Shown one piece after another: positions 29,721 through 39,068 of a stretch of DNA of 64,000 bases. Every line of letters begins with the position of its first letter. The stretch's first letter is position 1. This DNA is from Deferribacterales bacterium (lineage in GTDB: Bacteria > Chrysiogenota > Deferribacteres > Deferribacterales > Geovibrionaceae), in assembly GCA_050253075.1 (NCBI GenBank), contig JBFWJS010000003.1, forward strand, positions 277,458 to 341,457, given 5' to 3'. The notes beneath the pieces were generated by a model, which was not told the DNA's origin, searched no databases, and saw nothing but the letters and a program-made list of their open reading frames with translations. A program made the translations under genes and the position numbers.

Positions 29721-29826
29721 AATCTGAAATGTCTTCTATTGCGGGGCAGCTATCGGCACTGTGTCACCCCAATCAAGCCCGTTGCCGTGTGCGATGGGGG
29801 GCGGTTCACCCCCCACCCCGATTTTT

Positions 29827-31236
29827 TTATATTTCGTACACTCTTATAAGGTTTGTCGAGCCTGCGGAACCCAGAGGGATACCGCTCGTTATGACGATCT
29901 TATCACCTTTTTTAGCAAATCCTTTTGATACGGCGAGCTGTGCAGCTCTGGAGAACATCTCCTCCGCATCTTCGAATCCTTCGGACAGCCCCGGTATCAC
30001 ACCCCAGGATATATTCATCTTACGATAGGTAGCAAGGTTCGGCGTGAGCCCCAGAATAGGGCATTCAGGGCGGAAGCGTGCGACGCTCCTAGCTGTGAAG
30101 CCTGAGTTTGTATATGCTATGATGGCTTTGGCTCCGAGGTCTTTGGCGAGCCAGCTCGCAGACCTGCCCACAGCCCATGCCACAGTCTTGTCCGAGACGT
30201 GTTCTTCGCTAGATATGTTCAGGTTGTACTGTATGTTGTTTTCCGTTGTGCGGGCTATCCTGTCCATCACGGCGACAGCCTCCACGGGGTATTCCCCCGC
30301 TGCGGTCTCCTCAGACAGCATTACGGCGCATGTGCCGTCGAATATGGCGTTTGCCACGTCGGTACACTCCGCACGGGTAGGGCGATAGTTCGACACCATG
30401 CTCTTGAGCATCTGTGTGGCTGTGATGATCACTTTCCCTTCCTTGCGGGCGGCTTTGATTATCTGCTTTTGTATCACAGGCACTTCATAAAGCGACATTT
30501 CGACACCGAGGTCTCCACGGGCGACCATTATGCCGTCCACCATGTCCAGTATCTCTTTTATGTTTTTCACCGCCTGCGGCTTTTCTATCTTTGCTACCAG
30601 CAGGGGCTGATTCTTATCACGTTTTATCATGTCGCTGATGACGACGAGGTCTGCGGCATTACGCACAAATGAGAGCGCAACGACATCCACTCCTTTCATC
30701 AGCCCGTATTTGAGGTCTGCCTTATCCTTTTCGGTGAAGGCTACAATGCTGAGCTCGGAGGAGGGCATGTTCACCCCTTTTTTGGTATAGGCTGTCCCGC
30801 CGTTCAGCACTCGGCATGTTACATTCTCGCCTGTGATGTCCTCCACCATGATGTCCATAGCACCATCGGCAAGTAGTATTCTGTCGCCTATGGATAGATC
30901 CTTCGCCAGAGAATCATACTGCACGGGGATGACACCTTCCTTTGCGTGGGCTTCGGCCGCTATCACGCATGTGTCGCCTGGCTTGAGAACTATCCCTTCC
31001 TCCGGGAGTGTGCCGAGGCGTATCTTCGGCCCGCAGAGGTCCTGTAAAATGCTGACGCATACGCCTTTTTCGTCGGCTATCTCACGTACGAGGTCTATCA
31101 TTTCTCCGTGGCTTTCGTGTGTGCCGTGGGAAAAATTCAGGCGGACGACATCGAGCCCCGCATCTATCATATTCGAAATAGTTTCTCTATCGCATGAAGC
31201 AGGTCCCAGAGTCGCTACTATTTTGGTCTTTCTCAT
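29827..31236 (-). CDS. pyk: Pyruvate kinase
   Basis: RKTKIVATLGPA, RLNFSHG, MVARGDLGVE, ATQML.SM. Confidence 0.97.
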   Translation of the reverse strand: MRKTKIVATLGPASCDRETISNMIDAGLDVVRLNFSHGTHESHGEMIDLVREIADEKGVCVSILQDLCGPKIRLGTLPEEGIVLKPGDTCVIAAEAHAKEGVIPVQYDSLAKDLSIGDRILLADGAMDIMVEDITGENVTCRVLNGGTAYTKKGVNMPSSELSIVAFTEKDKADLKYGLMKGVDVVALSFVRNAADLVVISDMIKRDKNQPLLVAKIEKPQAVKNIKEILDMVDGIMVARGDLGVEMSLYEVPVIQKQIIKAARKEGKVIITATQMLKSMVSNYRPTRAECTDVANAIFDGTCAVMLSEETAAGEYPVEAVAVMDRIARTTENNIQYNLNISSEEHVSDKTVAWAVGRSASWLAKDLGAKAIIAYTNSGFTARSVARFRPECPILGLTPNLATYRKMNISWGVIPGLSEGFEDAEEMFSRAAQLAVSKGFAKKGDKIVITSGIPLGSAGSTNLIRVYEI

Positions 31237-31376
31237 TGTTTTCTCCGTATCAATAAACATATTAAAAGAATAAGTGATGTTTCATTAACTTACAAGACTA
31301 CTTTGATCATAGAAATATTAAGTTAAAGTTTGTCTATACGGCATTAAAGATACAAAAAAGCTTGACATCTCTTATT

Positions 31377-31395
31377 GATAATGATAATCAATATT
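31377..31395. promoter_or_regulatory. Fur box downstream of a TTGACA -35
   Basis: GATAATGATAATCAATATT, 17/19 to consensus; TTGACA at 31362-31367. Confidence 0.85.
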
Positions 31396-31419
31396 ATAAA
31401 GTTTATTTGAGGTACTATT

Positions 31420-31746
31420 ATGAAGGTAAGTGTAGTCGGCGGACTTGCACGCAGAGAAAAGGAATACGAGCAGGCATTGAAAAAAGTAGGATTCAAGGCG
31501 AAGGTCTTCAATACTAAGTCGGCACGCATGGACGAGTCTCTGAAATGCTCCGAATGCGTAATACTGCTTACAAAGCTGTCCAGCCACAACATGGCAAACG
31601 CAGCTAAAAAAATATGTAAGAAACATAACATACCTCTGGTATGTCTTGATAAAACAAGCCCTGAGTCAGTAACATGCGCTCTGGCAGACTATATAGAATG
31701 TGATACTTGTGAATTTGCAGCACTCTGCGGCAGGAGAGCAAATTGA
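31420..31746 (+). CDS. DUF2325-like protein with C-terminal Cys cluster
   Basis: VVGG, VILLT..SSH....AKK.CKK.NIP. Confidence 0.75.
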   Translation: MKVSVVGGLARREKEYEQALKKVGFKAKVFNTKSARMDESLKCSECVILLTKLSSHNMANAAKKICKKHNIPLVCLDKTSPESVTCALADYIECDTCEFAALCGRRAN

Positions 31747-32126
31747 GCGTGGATGCAAACCTCAGACTGTTCTCTCACATGGTATACGAATATAAAAAGG
31801 GTGTACGCAGGCTCGCCATGTATACCTGCGACGACCATGAGTGCAGATTCTGTGTTAAAAAACTGGAAAAGAGCGGCATAAGCTATATGGTGACAAAGGC
31901 GAGAGACGGGAAGACAAATATCTTCTTCGGAGACTGCCCGTGTATCAGCATCATAGAGAGCTTCGGTAAAGACAGGCTGAACGAGTTCGACGCGAAGGAA
32001 GACTTCATCCTCGGCATTTTGCTCGGCTATGATGTCACAAAGCAGTGCGAGAGATACATCGGTCTCTCCACACCGGAGAAATGCAAAGGGTGCAAAGTCC
32101 CCGTTAAAAAGAATGTAAGTGCCTGA
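31743..32126 (+). CDS. DUF2023-like protein
   Basis: HMVYEYKKGVR and EDFILGILLGYD...QCERY. Confidence 0.8.
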   Translation: MSVDANLRLFSHMVYEYKKGVRRLAMYTCDDHECRFCVKKLEKSGISYMVTKARDGKTNIFFGDCPCISIIESFGKDRLNEFDAKEDFILGILLGYDVTKQCERYIGLSTPEKCKGCKVPVKKNVSA

Positions 32127-32135
32127 ATAGAGTGA

Positions 32136-32462
32136 TTATTCTATTTCAAAACGGATATCTTTGACAGATACGGGCTCGATGTGTACGCTGGCGCATGTGG
32201 ATTTCACCACATGGTTCACGCTTATCCTCAGGTCCGATACGCCCGCTTTGCTGAAAGAGATATCTATGCCGTCGGGCGTCATGACAAAGCCGTAATCTGC
32301 GCCGTAGGGCTCGACTGATACGTTGTAAAAATCTCCCCCGCCTATCTTTCCTATCGGTATATCAAGGGCTATAGGGATGCGTTCGTTAACGTGTGCCCTG
32401 ATGCTTTCGGCATTTGCCGTCAGTGCGGTCAGTGTAAGGAATATTACGATAAACTTTTTCAT
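32136..32462 (-). CDS. Small exported hypothetical protein
   Basis: Signal peptide ending ANA; beta-rich. Confidence 0.6.
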   Translation of the reverse strand: MKKFIVIFLTLTALTANAESIRAHVNERIPIALDIPIGKIGGGDFYNVSVEPYGADYGFVMTPDGIDISFSKAGVSDLRISVNHVVKSTCASVHIEPVSVKDIRFEIE

Positions 32463-32507
32463 AAAAAGTGCCCGGGCATATCCGCATACACCCGGGCTTG
32501 CTCCTTT

Positions 32508-33083
32508 TTAGTAGTCTTTTTTCGCCAGTACAAGCTTCGGAGCCGTGGGCTCGATGAATCTTGTGGACGGATTAAGCTCTGTGTGTTTCGGAAAACCTTT
32601 CGGATACTGAACGGCTTTGTCGTCCTTCATCTCTGAAAGCTCGACAAGTGTCAGCGCCTTTGTCGGGCATCCCTGTACGCATGCGGGCATGAGCCCTGCG
32701 TCTATTCTCTCCACGCACATGCTGCACTTCTCTGCTCTTTCAAGGGCTTCGTTTGCTTGTGGAGCGTGATAGCTGCATTCCTCTATACATGCACGGCAGA
32801 ATATGCATTTATCTGCAGAGTGGACGACAATGCCGTCTTTCTCTCTTTTAACATGTGCACCGACAGGGCAGACCTCTGTGCAGACAGGGGTCGCACAATG
32901 GTTGCATGCCAGGGAGTAGAATGCCCTGTCAGTGAATGGATAATCGTTTTCTGCGAGGGGTGTCAGGTTTCTCCAGACAACTCCTGCTTCCTGATGATAC
33001 TGGTTTTTGCACGCCATGGCGCATGTATAGCATCCGATGCATTTTTTAGAATTTACTTTAAAAGCAAGCTGCTTTTTCATCAT
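32508..33083 (-). CDS. DmsB-like 4Fe-4S electron-transfer subunit
   Basis: CIGCYTCAMAC, CNHC..P.C...CP, CIFCRAC...C, KCSMC...PACVQGCP. Confidence 0.92.
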   Translation of the reverse strand: MMKKQLAFKVNSKKCIGCYTCAMACKNQYHQEAGVVWRNLTPLAENDYPFTDRAFYSLACNHCATPVCTEVCPVGAHVKREKDGIVVHSADKCIFCRACIEECSYHAPQANEALERAEKCSMCVERIDAGLMPACVQGCPTKALTLVELSEMKDDKAVQYPKGFPKHTELNPSTRFIEPTAPKLVLAKKDY

Positions 33084-33090
33084 TGCCTCC

Positions 33091-35349
33091 TTACGCCTTA
33101 GCGATGTTTGCGAACTGGTCGTGGATTGCTACGCCGGGTGCGCCTGTTTTGAATGTACCCATGTCGGATGATTCGTCGTCTACGACGTTCTGAACGTTGT
33201 AGTTGCCTTTTCTGAACCATGCCTCATACATAACGAGAACATCCTCTGCTACTATGTCGGACAGCTTCGCTTTCACAGTCACACTGCCCACCTTGTTGGA
33301 AACCTTCACCATGTCCCCCTCTTTGATGCCTTTAGCTTTGGCAGCTTTCGGGTTTATGTATATGTAGGGCTCTTTGTTGAAGTCTTCCATATAGTCGAGG
33401 TTTACAAACTGAGAGTGCAGTCCGAACTGTGTGTGCGGTGTGAGCACACGGAATTTATCATAAGGAACTCTGCGAGCCTTATATTCAGGCAGTTTGGTGT
33501 GTCCGTATTCTTCCGCCTGATCAGAGCTGAACTCATACTTGCCCGACGGTGTGCCGAACTTTCTTTCGTTCCATGCTGCGCTGCTTTCTGTCTTCGCTTT
33601 GCGTGGTCCATTTTTCAGGTCTTCCCATGATGATATGCCGAAGAAGTTATAGATGCCTGAGTTGAACTCTTTCTCCATCCAAACCTTTGTGTCGGTTATC
33701 TGAGGGAATGTGCAGGAGCCTTCTTCCAGCTCGTTCATCTTTTTAGAGAGCAGGGCAGCTATCTGCAGGTCGCTCTTTGCCTCGTACTGTTCAGGGATGG
33801 CCTTTTCATTCAGGCTGAGCCAGTAGTGCCAGTAGGATACGTTCACCGTATTTTCCTCAAAGAGAGTGGTGGAAGGGAGCACAATGTCTGCGTTCTGCAC
33901 TGTCTCGTTGAAGAACTGGTCTACGACGACGACCATCTCTAGCTTTTCAAATGCCTTGATCAGCTTCGGTCTGTCGAAGTCCTGCGCAAACGGGTTCTTG
34001 CAGGCTACCCAGAGGAGCCTTATCGGAGGCTCGTTTGTGGTGAGTATCGATTCCGCCAGTTTGTTTATGTTTATTGTTCTGTCGGAATAGCTTGTCTCTT
34101 TCTCATCATTGGCGAATTCGCTTTTGATCTTGTCCTTGCCTGTGTATCCGACAGCGCCCGCAGGCTTCTGCTGAACCATGGCGTTATAGTTAAATCCCCA
34201 TGTCTGGAGGTGTCCGTATCTGGCTCCTCCCCCCTCTATGCCTATATTTCCTGTCATGGCGACGATGGCGTCGATGGCACGTACGTTTGTACCGCCGTTT
34301 GTGTGGCGCTGCATGCCGTAGCCTATCCATATGGTCGCAGGGTCGGCCTGTGCGAATTCCTCCGCAAGCTGTCTGATGACATCTGCGGGCACGCCGCTCT
34401 GCTCTGCCGCCGCTTCTACTGTTATGTTTGTGTTAAGGTAATTTACATAGTCTTCAAAGCCCTTTGCATATTTTGTGACAAATTCTTTGTCGTACAGCTT
34501 TTTATCCACTATGTGCTTTGCGATACCGAGTGCCAGTGCGCCGTCCTGCGCTGTTTTCACTCGGATATACGTGTCGGCCTTTGCCGCTGTCTGTGTGAGG
34601 ATAGGGTCGATGACGACGAGCTTTGCGCCTCTCTCCTGTGCCTCATAGATGAACTTCATGGTGTGCACGGAGTTCCATGCGGGGTTTCCGCCCCAGATGA
34701 TGATATATTTAGATTTGACAAAGTCTTCGGGGTCGTTGCACCACATGTTGCCCATGTCGAAGTTCTGCGCGTCTATCCCCGCAGGCCAGCATGGTGTTCC
34801 GACGAACCTTGTGGTGTATCCCAGAGAACTGAACATCCCTTCCACGCCGTAGTGGGTGATGCCGAAGTTGCCTGAGTATTTGTCCAGTGCCATGCCGAGA
34901 AGGGAACCGTCCTTCTTTTTTATCTCCTGGATCTTGCCTGCGATCTCGCTCAGGGCTTCATCCCAGGATATGCGTTTCCAGTTTCCTGTTCCTCTGCCTA
35001 TCTGTTTCATAGGATATTTGACTCGGTCAGGACTATAGACCCTTCTCGGATAGCTGTACCCCTTTACACACAGAGCTCCGTCTGTGAATGTCGACTCCTG
35101 CGCGCCTTCGATGAACTCGAGCACGCCGTCTTTAACATACGATTTAATACTGCATGTGTCGTAACAGTTTCTGGGGCAGGCATTGCGAAATGTCTGATAG
35201 CCCCCTTCATATTTGGTTCTCTCCCATGCGTGTGCCTTTAAAATGCCTGCGGGCATTGAAGCGAGCGCACCTGCCGCTGCGACACCTTTCAGGAATGTAC
35301 GTCTGCTGAAAGGACAGCCGTTTTTCAATAAATCCTCTTTCCTGCTCAT
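33091..35349 (-). CDS. Tat-exported molybdopterin oxidoreductase (DMSO reductase superfamily, MopB_3-like)
   Basis: SRRTFLKG Tat motif; CPRNCYDTC...C Fe-S motif; GTPCWPAG; C-terminal MGD-binding domain. Confidence 0.9.
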   Translation of the reverse strand: MSRKEDLLKNGCPFSRRTFLKGVAAAGALASMPAGILKAHAWERTKYEGGYQTFRNACPRNCYDTCSIKSYVKDGVLEFIEGAQESTFTDGALCVKGYSYPRRVYSPDRVKYPMKQIGRGTGNWKRISWDEALSEIAGKIQEIKKKDGSLLGMALDKYSGNFGITHYGVEGMFSSLGYTTRFVGTPCWPAGIDAQNFDMGNMWCNDPEDFVKSKYIIIWGGNPAWNSVHTMKFIYEAQERGAKLVVIDPILTQTAAKADTYIRVKTAQDGALALGIAKHIVDKKLYDKEFVTKYAKGFEDYVNYLNTNITVEAAAEQSGVPADVIRQLAEEFAQADPATIWIGYGMQRHTNGGTNVRAIDAIVAMTGNIGIEGGGARYGHLQTWGFNYNAMVQQKPAGAVGYTGKDKIKSEFANDEKETSYSDRTININKLAESILTTNEPPIRLLWVACKNPFAQDFDRPKLIKAFEKLEMVVVVDQFFNETVQNADIVLPSTTLFEENTVNVSYWHYWLSLNEKAIPEQYEAKSDLQIAALLSKKMNELEEGSCTFPQITDTKVWMEKEFNSGIYNFFGISSWEDLKNGPRKAKTESSAAWNERKFGTPSGKYEFSSDQAEEYGHTKLPEYKARRVPYDKFRVLTPHTQFGLHSQFVNLDYMEDFNKEPYIYINPKAAKAKGIKEGDMVKVSNKVGSVTVKAKLSDIVAEDVLVMYEAWFRKGNYNVQNVVDDESSDMGTFKTGAPGVAIHDQFANIAKA

Positions 35350-35894
35350 GACAACTCCTTATGTAATATTGTCTTTTCGGACTCAACAGAGATCCACTCT
35401 TCTAAAATGCCTAGGACATTCCTGATCGCCTTTGACGATTCACAGTTTTCCTTTGCTTTTTCGATGAAAAGCGGCAGCCACAGTGCGATATGCTCGTTTA
35501 TGAATGCGCGGTATATCTCCTCTGCTTCAGGGTGTGTGTCGGAAACGGAGAGGAGATATCTGCACGCATCAAGTTCAAATGCCAGGGAGTCTTCCGGCTC
35601 ACGCCCCTGTTCGGGAAGTGCGAGGCCGATAGATTGATAAAACTCGCGTATCTCTGCGGTTATTCTGTTTTGTATGAGGTTTTCCGGGTCGAGATAGACA
35701 GATGCCACTAAAGGAGCCTTCGGTGCGGCAGGGCCCACAAAGAGCCTGTTGAAGATAAACTCTTCCTGTTCCCAGTCTATGCCGTCCATAGGCAAGGAGG
35801 TTGTGTATGTCCCTAAGACGCCATAGGCTTTTTCAAGCTCTGCTTGTCTGCCGTCGTAAAAGAAGTCTCTGAAAGCTGTGATAAGTTCTACCAT
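35346..35894 (-). CDS. TorD/DmsD family chaperone
   Basis: FNRLFVGP....AP..ASVY, EPEDSL..EL, HIALW. Confidence 0.88.
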   Translation of the reverse strand: MVELITAFRDFFYDGRQAELEKAYGVLGTYTTSLPMDGIDWEQEEFIFNRLFVGPAAPKAPLVASVYLDPENLIQNRITAEIREFYQSIGLALPEQGREPEDSLAFELDACRYLLSVSDTHPEAEEIYRAFINEHIALWLPLFIEKAKENCESSKAIRNVLGILEEWISVESEKTILHKELS

Positions 35895-36004
35895 GATATA
35901 TACCCCATACTTGTTATGTTTAAAACATAGTCGGGTATTTATAGGGTAGATATGGGGGTGATCAGGTAATTATCGGGTATAGACATATACCCGATGTCTA
36001 AATA

Positions 36005-37657
36005 TTATTTGTTCAGATATGCAAAGAGGTTTACGTCTTTACCGCTGAGACCGAGCTTTTTACGTATATTCTTACGGTGGGTCTGCACGGTTTCAAAGGA
36101 GATGTTCATCGTCTCTGCTATGTCTTTGCTGGATGAACCGCTCTGTATCATCTGGCACACCTGTATCTCGGATTTCGTCAGTTTCATGATATCTTCGTTA
36201 TTCATGCTGCCTGTTGATTTGGTCAGCCCGGAGAGCTGGTCACGCACTATGTTCAGATACATCTGGCGTATCTCAGAGTTTGATTCGCCTGCGAGCTTCT
36301 GCACGGACGGGATGATGGTCGTCAGTACTTTCTGCGAGATTGAGAGCTCCAGCTCTTCCTTCTCTTTATCTATAGCTTTCATGACGTTACGCAGGGTCAC
36401 GTTCATCTCTTCGGCCTTTGTCTTTTCCTGTTTCAGGTATTCTTCCATAGATTTCTGCTGGGTGATGTTCCGCACGATGATATGCAGAAAGTCCTTACCG
36501 CCCAGCTTAAACTTGTTCACCGTTACGCTGGCGGGGAATATGTCTCCGCTCTTGGTGATGCTGTTTATCTCGCCGTGCCAGACCTCGCCCTCTTTGATGG
36601 AAGCGGCCAGCCTCAGGCTGTCTATGCTGGCGGGGTGTGTTATCATGATGCAGCTGACGCCCTCGAGTGTGGCGGTGGTCAGACCGTACATGTCGGCTGC
36701 CTTCTGGTTTGCCTGTACGACATTCAGCTCGGCGTCTGCCAGCATTATGCCTTCCCCTGCGGATGTGAAGAGGGAGCGGAAAATCTTTTCAGATTTGGTC
36801 AAGGCCTCTGTCCTCTCGGCAACGACCGCCTCGAGCTTCAGCCTTTGATCCACCATGCAGGTGATGTCGTTCAGGATGATGACATAGCCTGCCGATGCCA
36901 GCGAAACCTTTTTCAGCGGAACGACCACCATAGAGTATATGGCGGATATCTCAGGCACACGTATCTCGTGCTGTTCGCCGTATGGGAATGCTTTGAGGAA
37001 TTCGTCTATGCTGTATTCGGAGAGTCCGATGTATTTCAGTATGTTTTCTCCGACTATGTCGCCTTTGAACTGTTCGGTGGCTGCTTTGTTCAGCTCCAGC
37101 ACGGTTCCTTCGGCGTTTATGACTATTGCGATGTCGGATGTGACTTCAAATATGTTTTCGTATTTATTCTTGTCCAGCGTGAGCGCACGGTTCTTTTCCG
37201 CCAGAACAGATATGTATTCGCTGCCGTCCTGACTGTTCCAGTCGTTTATGACTATTGTCTCCATAGCGTCGAAGATACGGCGGAGTTCGATATAGCCTTT
37301 CAGCTTTGTGCTGTCGTCTGCGTCCATGCCGAGGATTATGTCCTCTACGGAGTGTATGAGCGTCTTGAAACAGCCGAAAAACATCTCTGCGCTGATGCCT
37401 CGTGATTTGTGCCTTTGGGCTGTCATGAGGACGCTGTCGGCGATGTTTCTGCTGTTTTTCAGTATGCTTGCGAAGTCGAGGGGGATCTTCTCAGACAGGT
37501 GCTGACGGATGGGGAATACAACTCCCTGAATGCTGAGTATGCAGTCCTCACGCTTTGCCGTTGTATGTTCCAGATACCCCGCTCCGCGCATATACATTGC
37601 CCAGTTTTCCAGAAAGGTTTCCATCTCGGTCAGTATTCTGTCTAATAAAATCTTCAT
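36005..37657 (-). CDS. Multi-PAS LuxR-family one-component regulator
   Basis: Two PAS-like domains; C-terminal LTKSE.QV...G.SSKDIA...IS..TV.THRKNIRKKLG. Confidence 0.88.
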   Translation of the reverse strand: MKILLDRILTEMETFLENWAMYMRGAGYLEHTTAKREDCILSIQGVVFPIRQHLSEKIPLDFASILKNSRNIADSVLMTAQRHKSRGISAEMFFGCFKTLIHSVEDIILGMDADDSTKLKGYIELRRIFDAMETIVINDWNSQDGSEYISVLAEKNRALTLDKNKYENIFEVTSDIAIVINAEGTVLELNKAATEQFKGDIVGENILKYIGLSEYSIDEFLKAFPYGEQHEIRVPEISAIYSMVVVPLKKVSLASAGYVIILNDITCMVDQRLKLEAVVAERTEALTKSEKIFRSLFTSAGEGIMLADAELNVVQANQKAADMYGLTTATLEGVSCIMITHPASIDSLRLAASIKEGEVWHGEINSITKSGDIFPASVTVNKFKLGGKDFLHIIVRNITQQKSMEEYLKQEKTKAEEMNVTLRNVMKAIDKEKEELELSISQKVLTTIIPSVQKLAGESNSEIRQMYLNIVRDQLSGLTKSTGSMNNEDIMKLTKSEIQVCQMIQSGSSSKDIAETMNISFETVQTHRKNIRKKLGLSGKDVNLFAYLNK

Positions 37658-37703
37658 ACGTTCCTCTTATGTAGAGGATAGTCGCAAGATTTAAATAGTC
37701 AAT

Positions 37704-37925
37704 TTAATTTTCAGTATAGACCATTGCATGCATGTATGAGGCAAAGGCATATATCATTGATGTGAAAGAGAGCAGGGCGCTGATCTTAAGAGAATCCATC
37801 CATTGCCCCGTATTTATACCATAGGCGAGTGCTCCGCACGCAATAATGGCGAAAAGAACGCAGAATTTGATCATTTCAGCTTTAAAAATAGAGATTTCGG
37901 CATTTTGGTCCTGATTGTTTGTCAT
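37704..37925 (-). CDS. Small two-TM membrane protein
   Basis: AGGAG RBS; two hydrophobic helices. Confidence 0.6.
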   Translation of the reverse strand: MTNNQDQNAEISIFKAEMIKFCVLFAIIACGALAYGINTGQWMDSLKISALLSFTSMIYAFASYMHAMVYTEN

Positions 37926-38050
37926 TTTCAGACTCCTTTTAAACAATTCAGAAACCGGTTTCTGCGCTAAATATACAACCTTTAAATATATAATGAAAAT
38001 ATTATTTTTTTATTTATAATATAATAAATTTTTATATTTTGGAGATATGT

Positions 38051-38956
38051 ATGAGCCTCGATATATACAGGAATTTTATGGTGATAGTGGACGAGGGGAG
38101 CCTTACATCTGCGGCTAAGATACTGCACATAGCCCAGCCCGCACTGACAAATCAGATACGCATCTTAGAAGATAGATTCGGTGCAGAGCTCATACAGACG
38201 GGGCGGGGTATCCGCCAGATAAAAGTGACGGATGCGGGGCGTGTGCTTTATGAAAAGGCGAAATACCTCTGCGAGCTCGAGGACTCCGCCGTTAAAGAGA
38301 TAAACGACATAAACAGAGGTCTTTCGGGGGTGCTGAATATAGGTGTTGCGCCTTCGGTTTCAGAGCACGTGATAAACAACCTCTTGCTCGACTTTCAGCG
38401 TATATATAAGAATATTACGGTGGAGCTGTATGAGCTGGTGAGCGGTGATATCGGCGAGCTTCTCCTTGCGGGGGTTTGTGAGATAGGCATAATACGTGCG
38501 CCGCTCCCTTATCAGCATCTGCTGAACAGCTATATGATAGAAAATGAGGTGATGTCCGCCATTTTCCGAAAGGACAGCCAGTGGATCAAGAACCCCGGGG
38601 AAAGTCTGTCCATAAGCGACCTTTTAGGCGTGCCCATCTGCATGGACAGAACATTCCGTGACAGGATGAAGAGTGCTTTCGACGAGATAAATGCCTCGGC
38701 GAATATCGTCAGCACCTGCGTCCTCAGGCAGAGCTGTGTGACATTTGCGAAATCGGGCGATGCCGTCGCCCTTGTCTCCGCAGGCACCATAGACGAGATG
38801 GGTGATGACCTCTATTGTCTGCCTCTGCGCGGAGAGGTGCATAAGCTGAAGAAATCACTAATAACAGTGAAAAACAGAGGGCTCTCTGCTGTTGCATTAA
38901 ATTTTCTCAAATTCGCAGGTGAGCGGTTCGGACAGGAATGGGACATTCAGCAGTAA
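38051..38956 (+). CDS. LysR family regulator
   Basis: GSLTSAAKILHIAQPALT.QI..LE. Confidence 0.92.
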   Translation: MSLDIYRNFMVIVDEGSLTSAAKILHIAQPALTNQIRILEDRFGAELIQTGRGIRQIKVTDAGRVLYEKAKYLCELEDSAVKEINDINRGLSGVLNIGVAPSVSEHVINNLLLDFQRIYKNITVELYELVSGDIGELLLAGVCEIGIIRAPLPYQHLLNSYMIENEVMSAIFRKDSQWIKNPGESLSISDLLGVPICMDRTFRDRMKSAFDEINASANIVSTCVLRQSCVTFAKSGDAVALVSAGTIDEMGDDLYCLPLRGEVHKLKKSLITVKNRGLSAVALNFLKFAGERFGQEWDIQQ

Positions 38957-39068
38957 AATAGCGGGCTTATTTGTTTGATATGACATTTTTCTAATATAGA
39001 TATAAGAATTCTTTTTCATCCTGACGGTATCATTTTCCAGTTTAGAGATTATTTAATTGGAGGACAGG

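Noticed and set aside
29751..29828. tRNA, SRP RNA or twister ribozyme
   Set aside because: Lacks a cloverleaf with TTCGA loop, the SRP GGAA/AGCAG motif and the twister core; kept only as an unexplained structure
33091..35349. Selenocysteine formate dehydrogenase or a named reductase (dmsA, arrA)
   Set aside because: No in-frame TGA, and motifs do not permit a specific assignment
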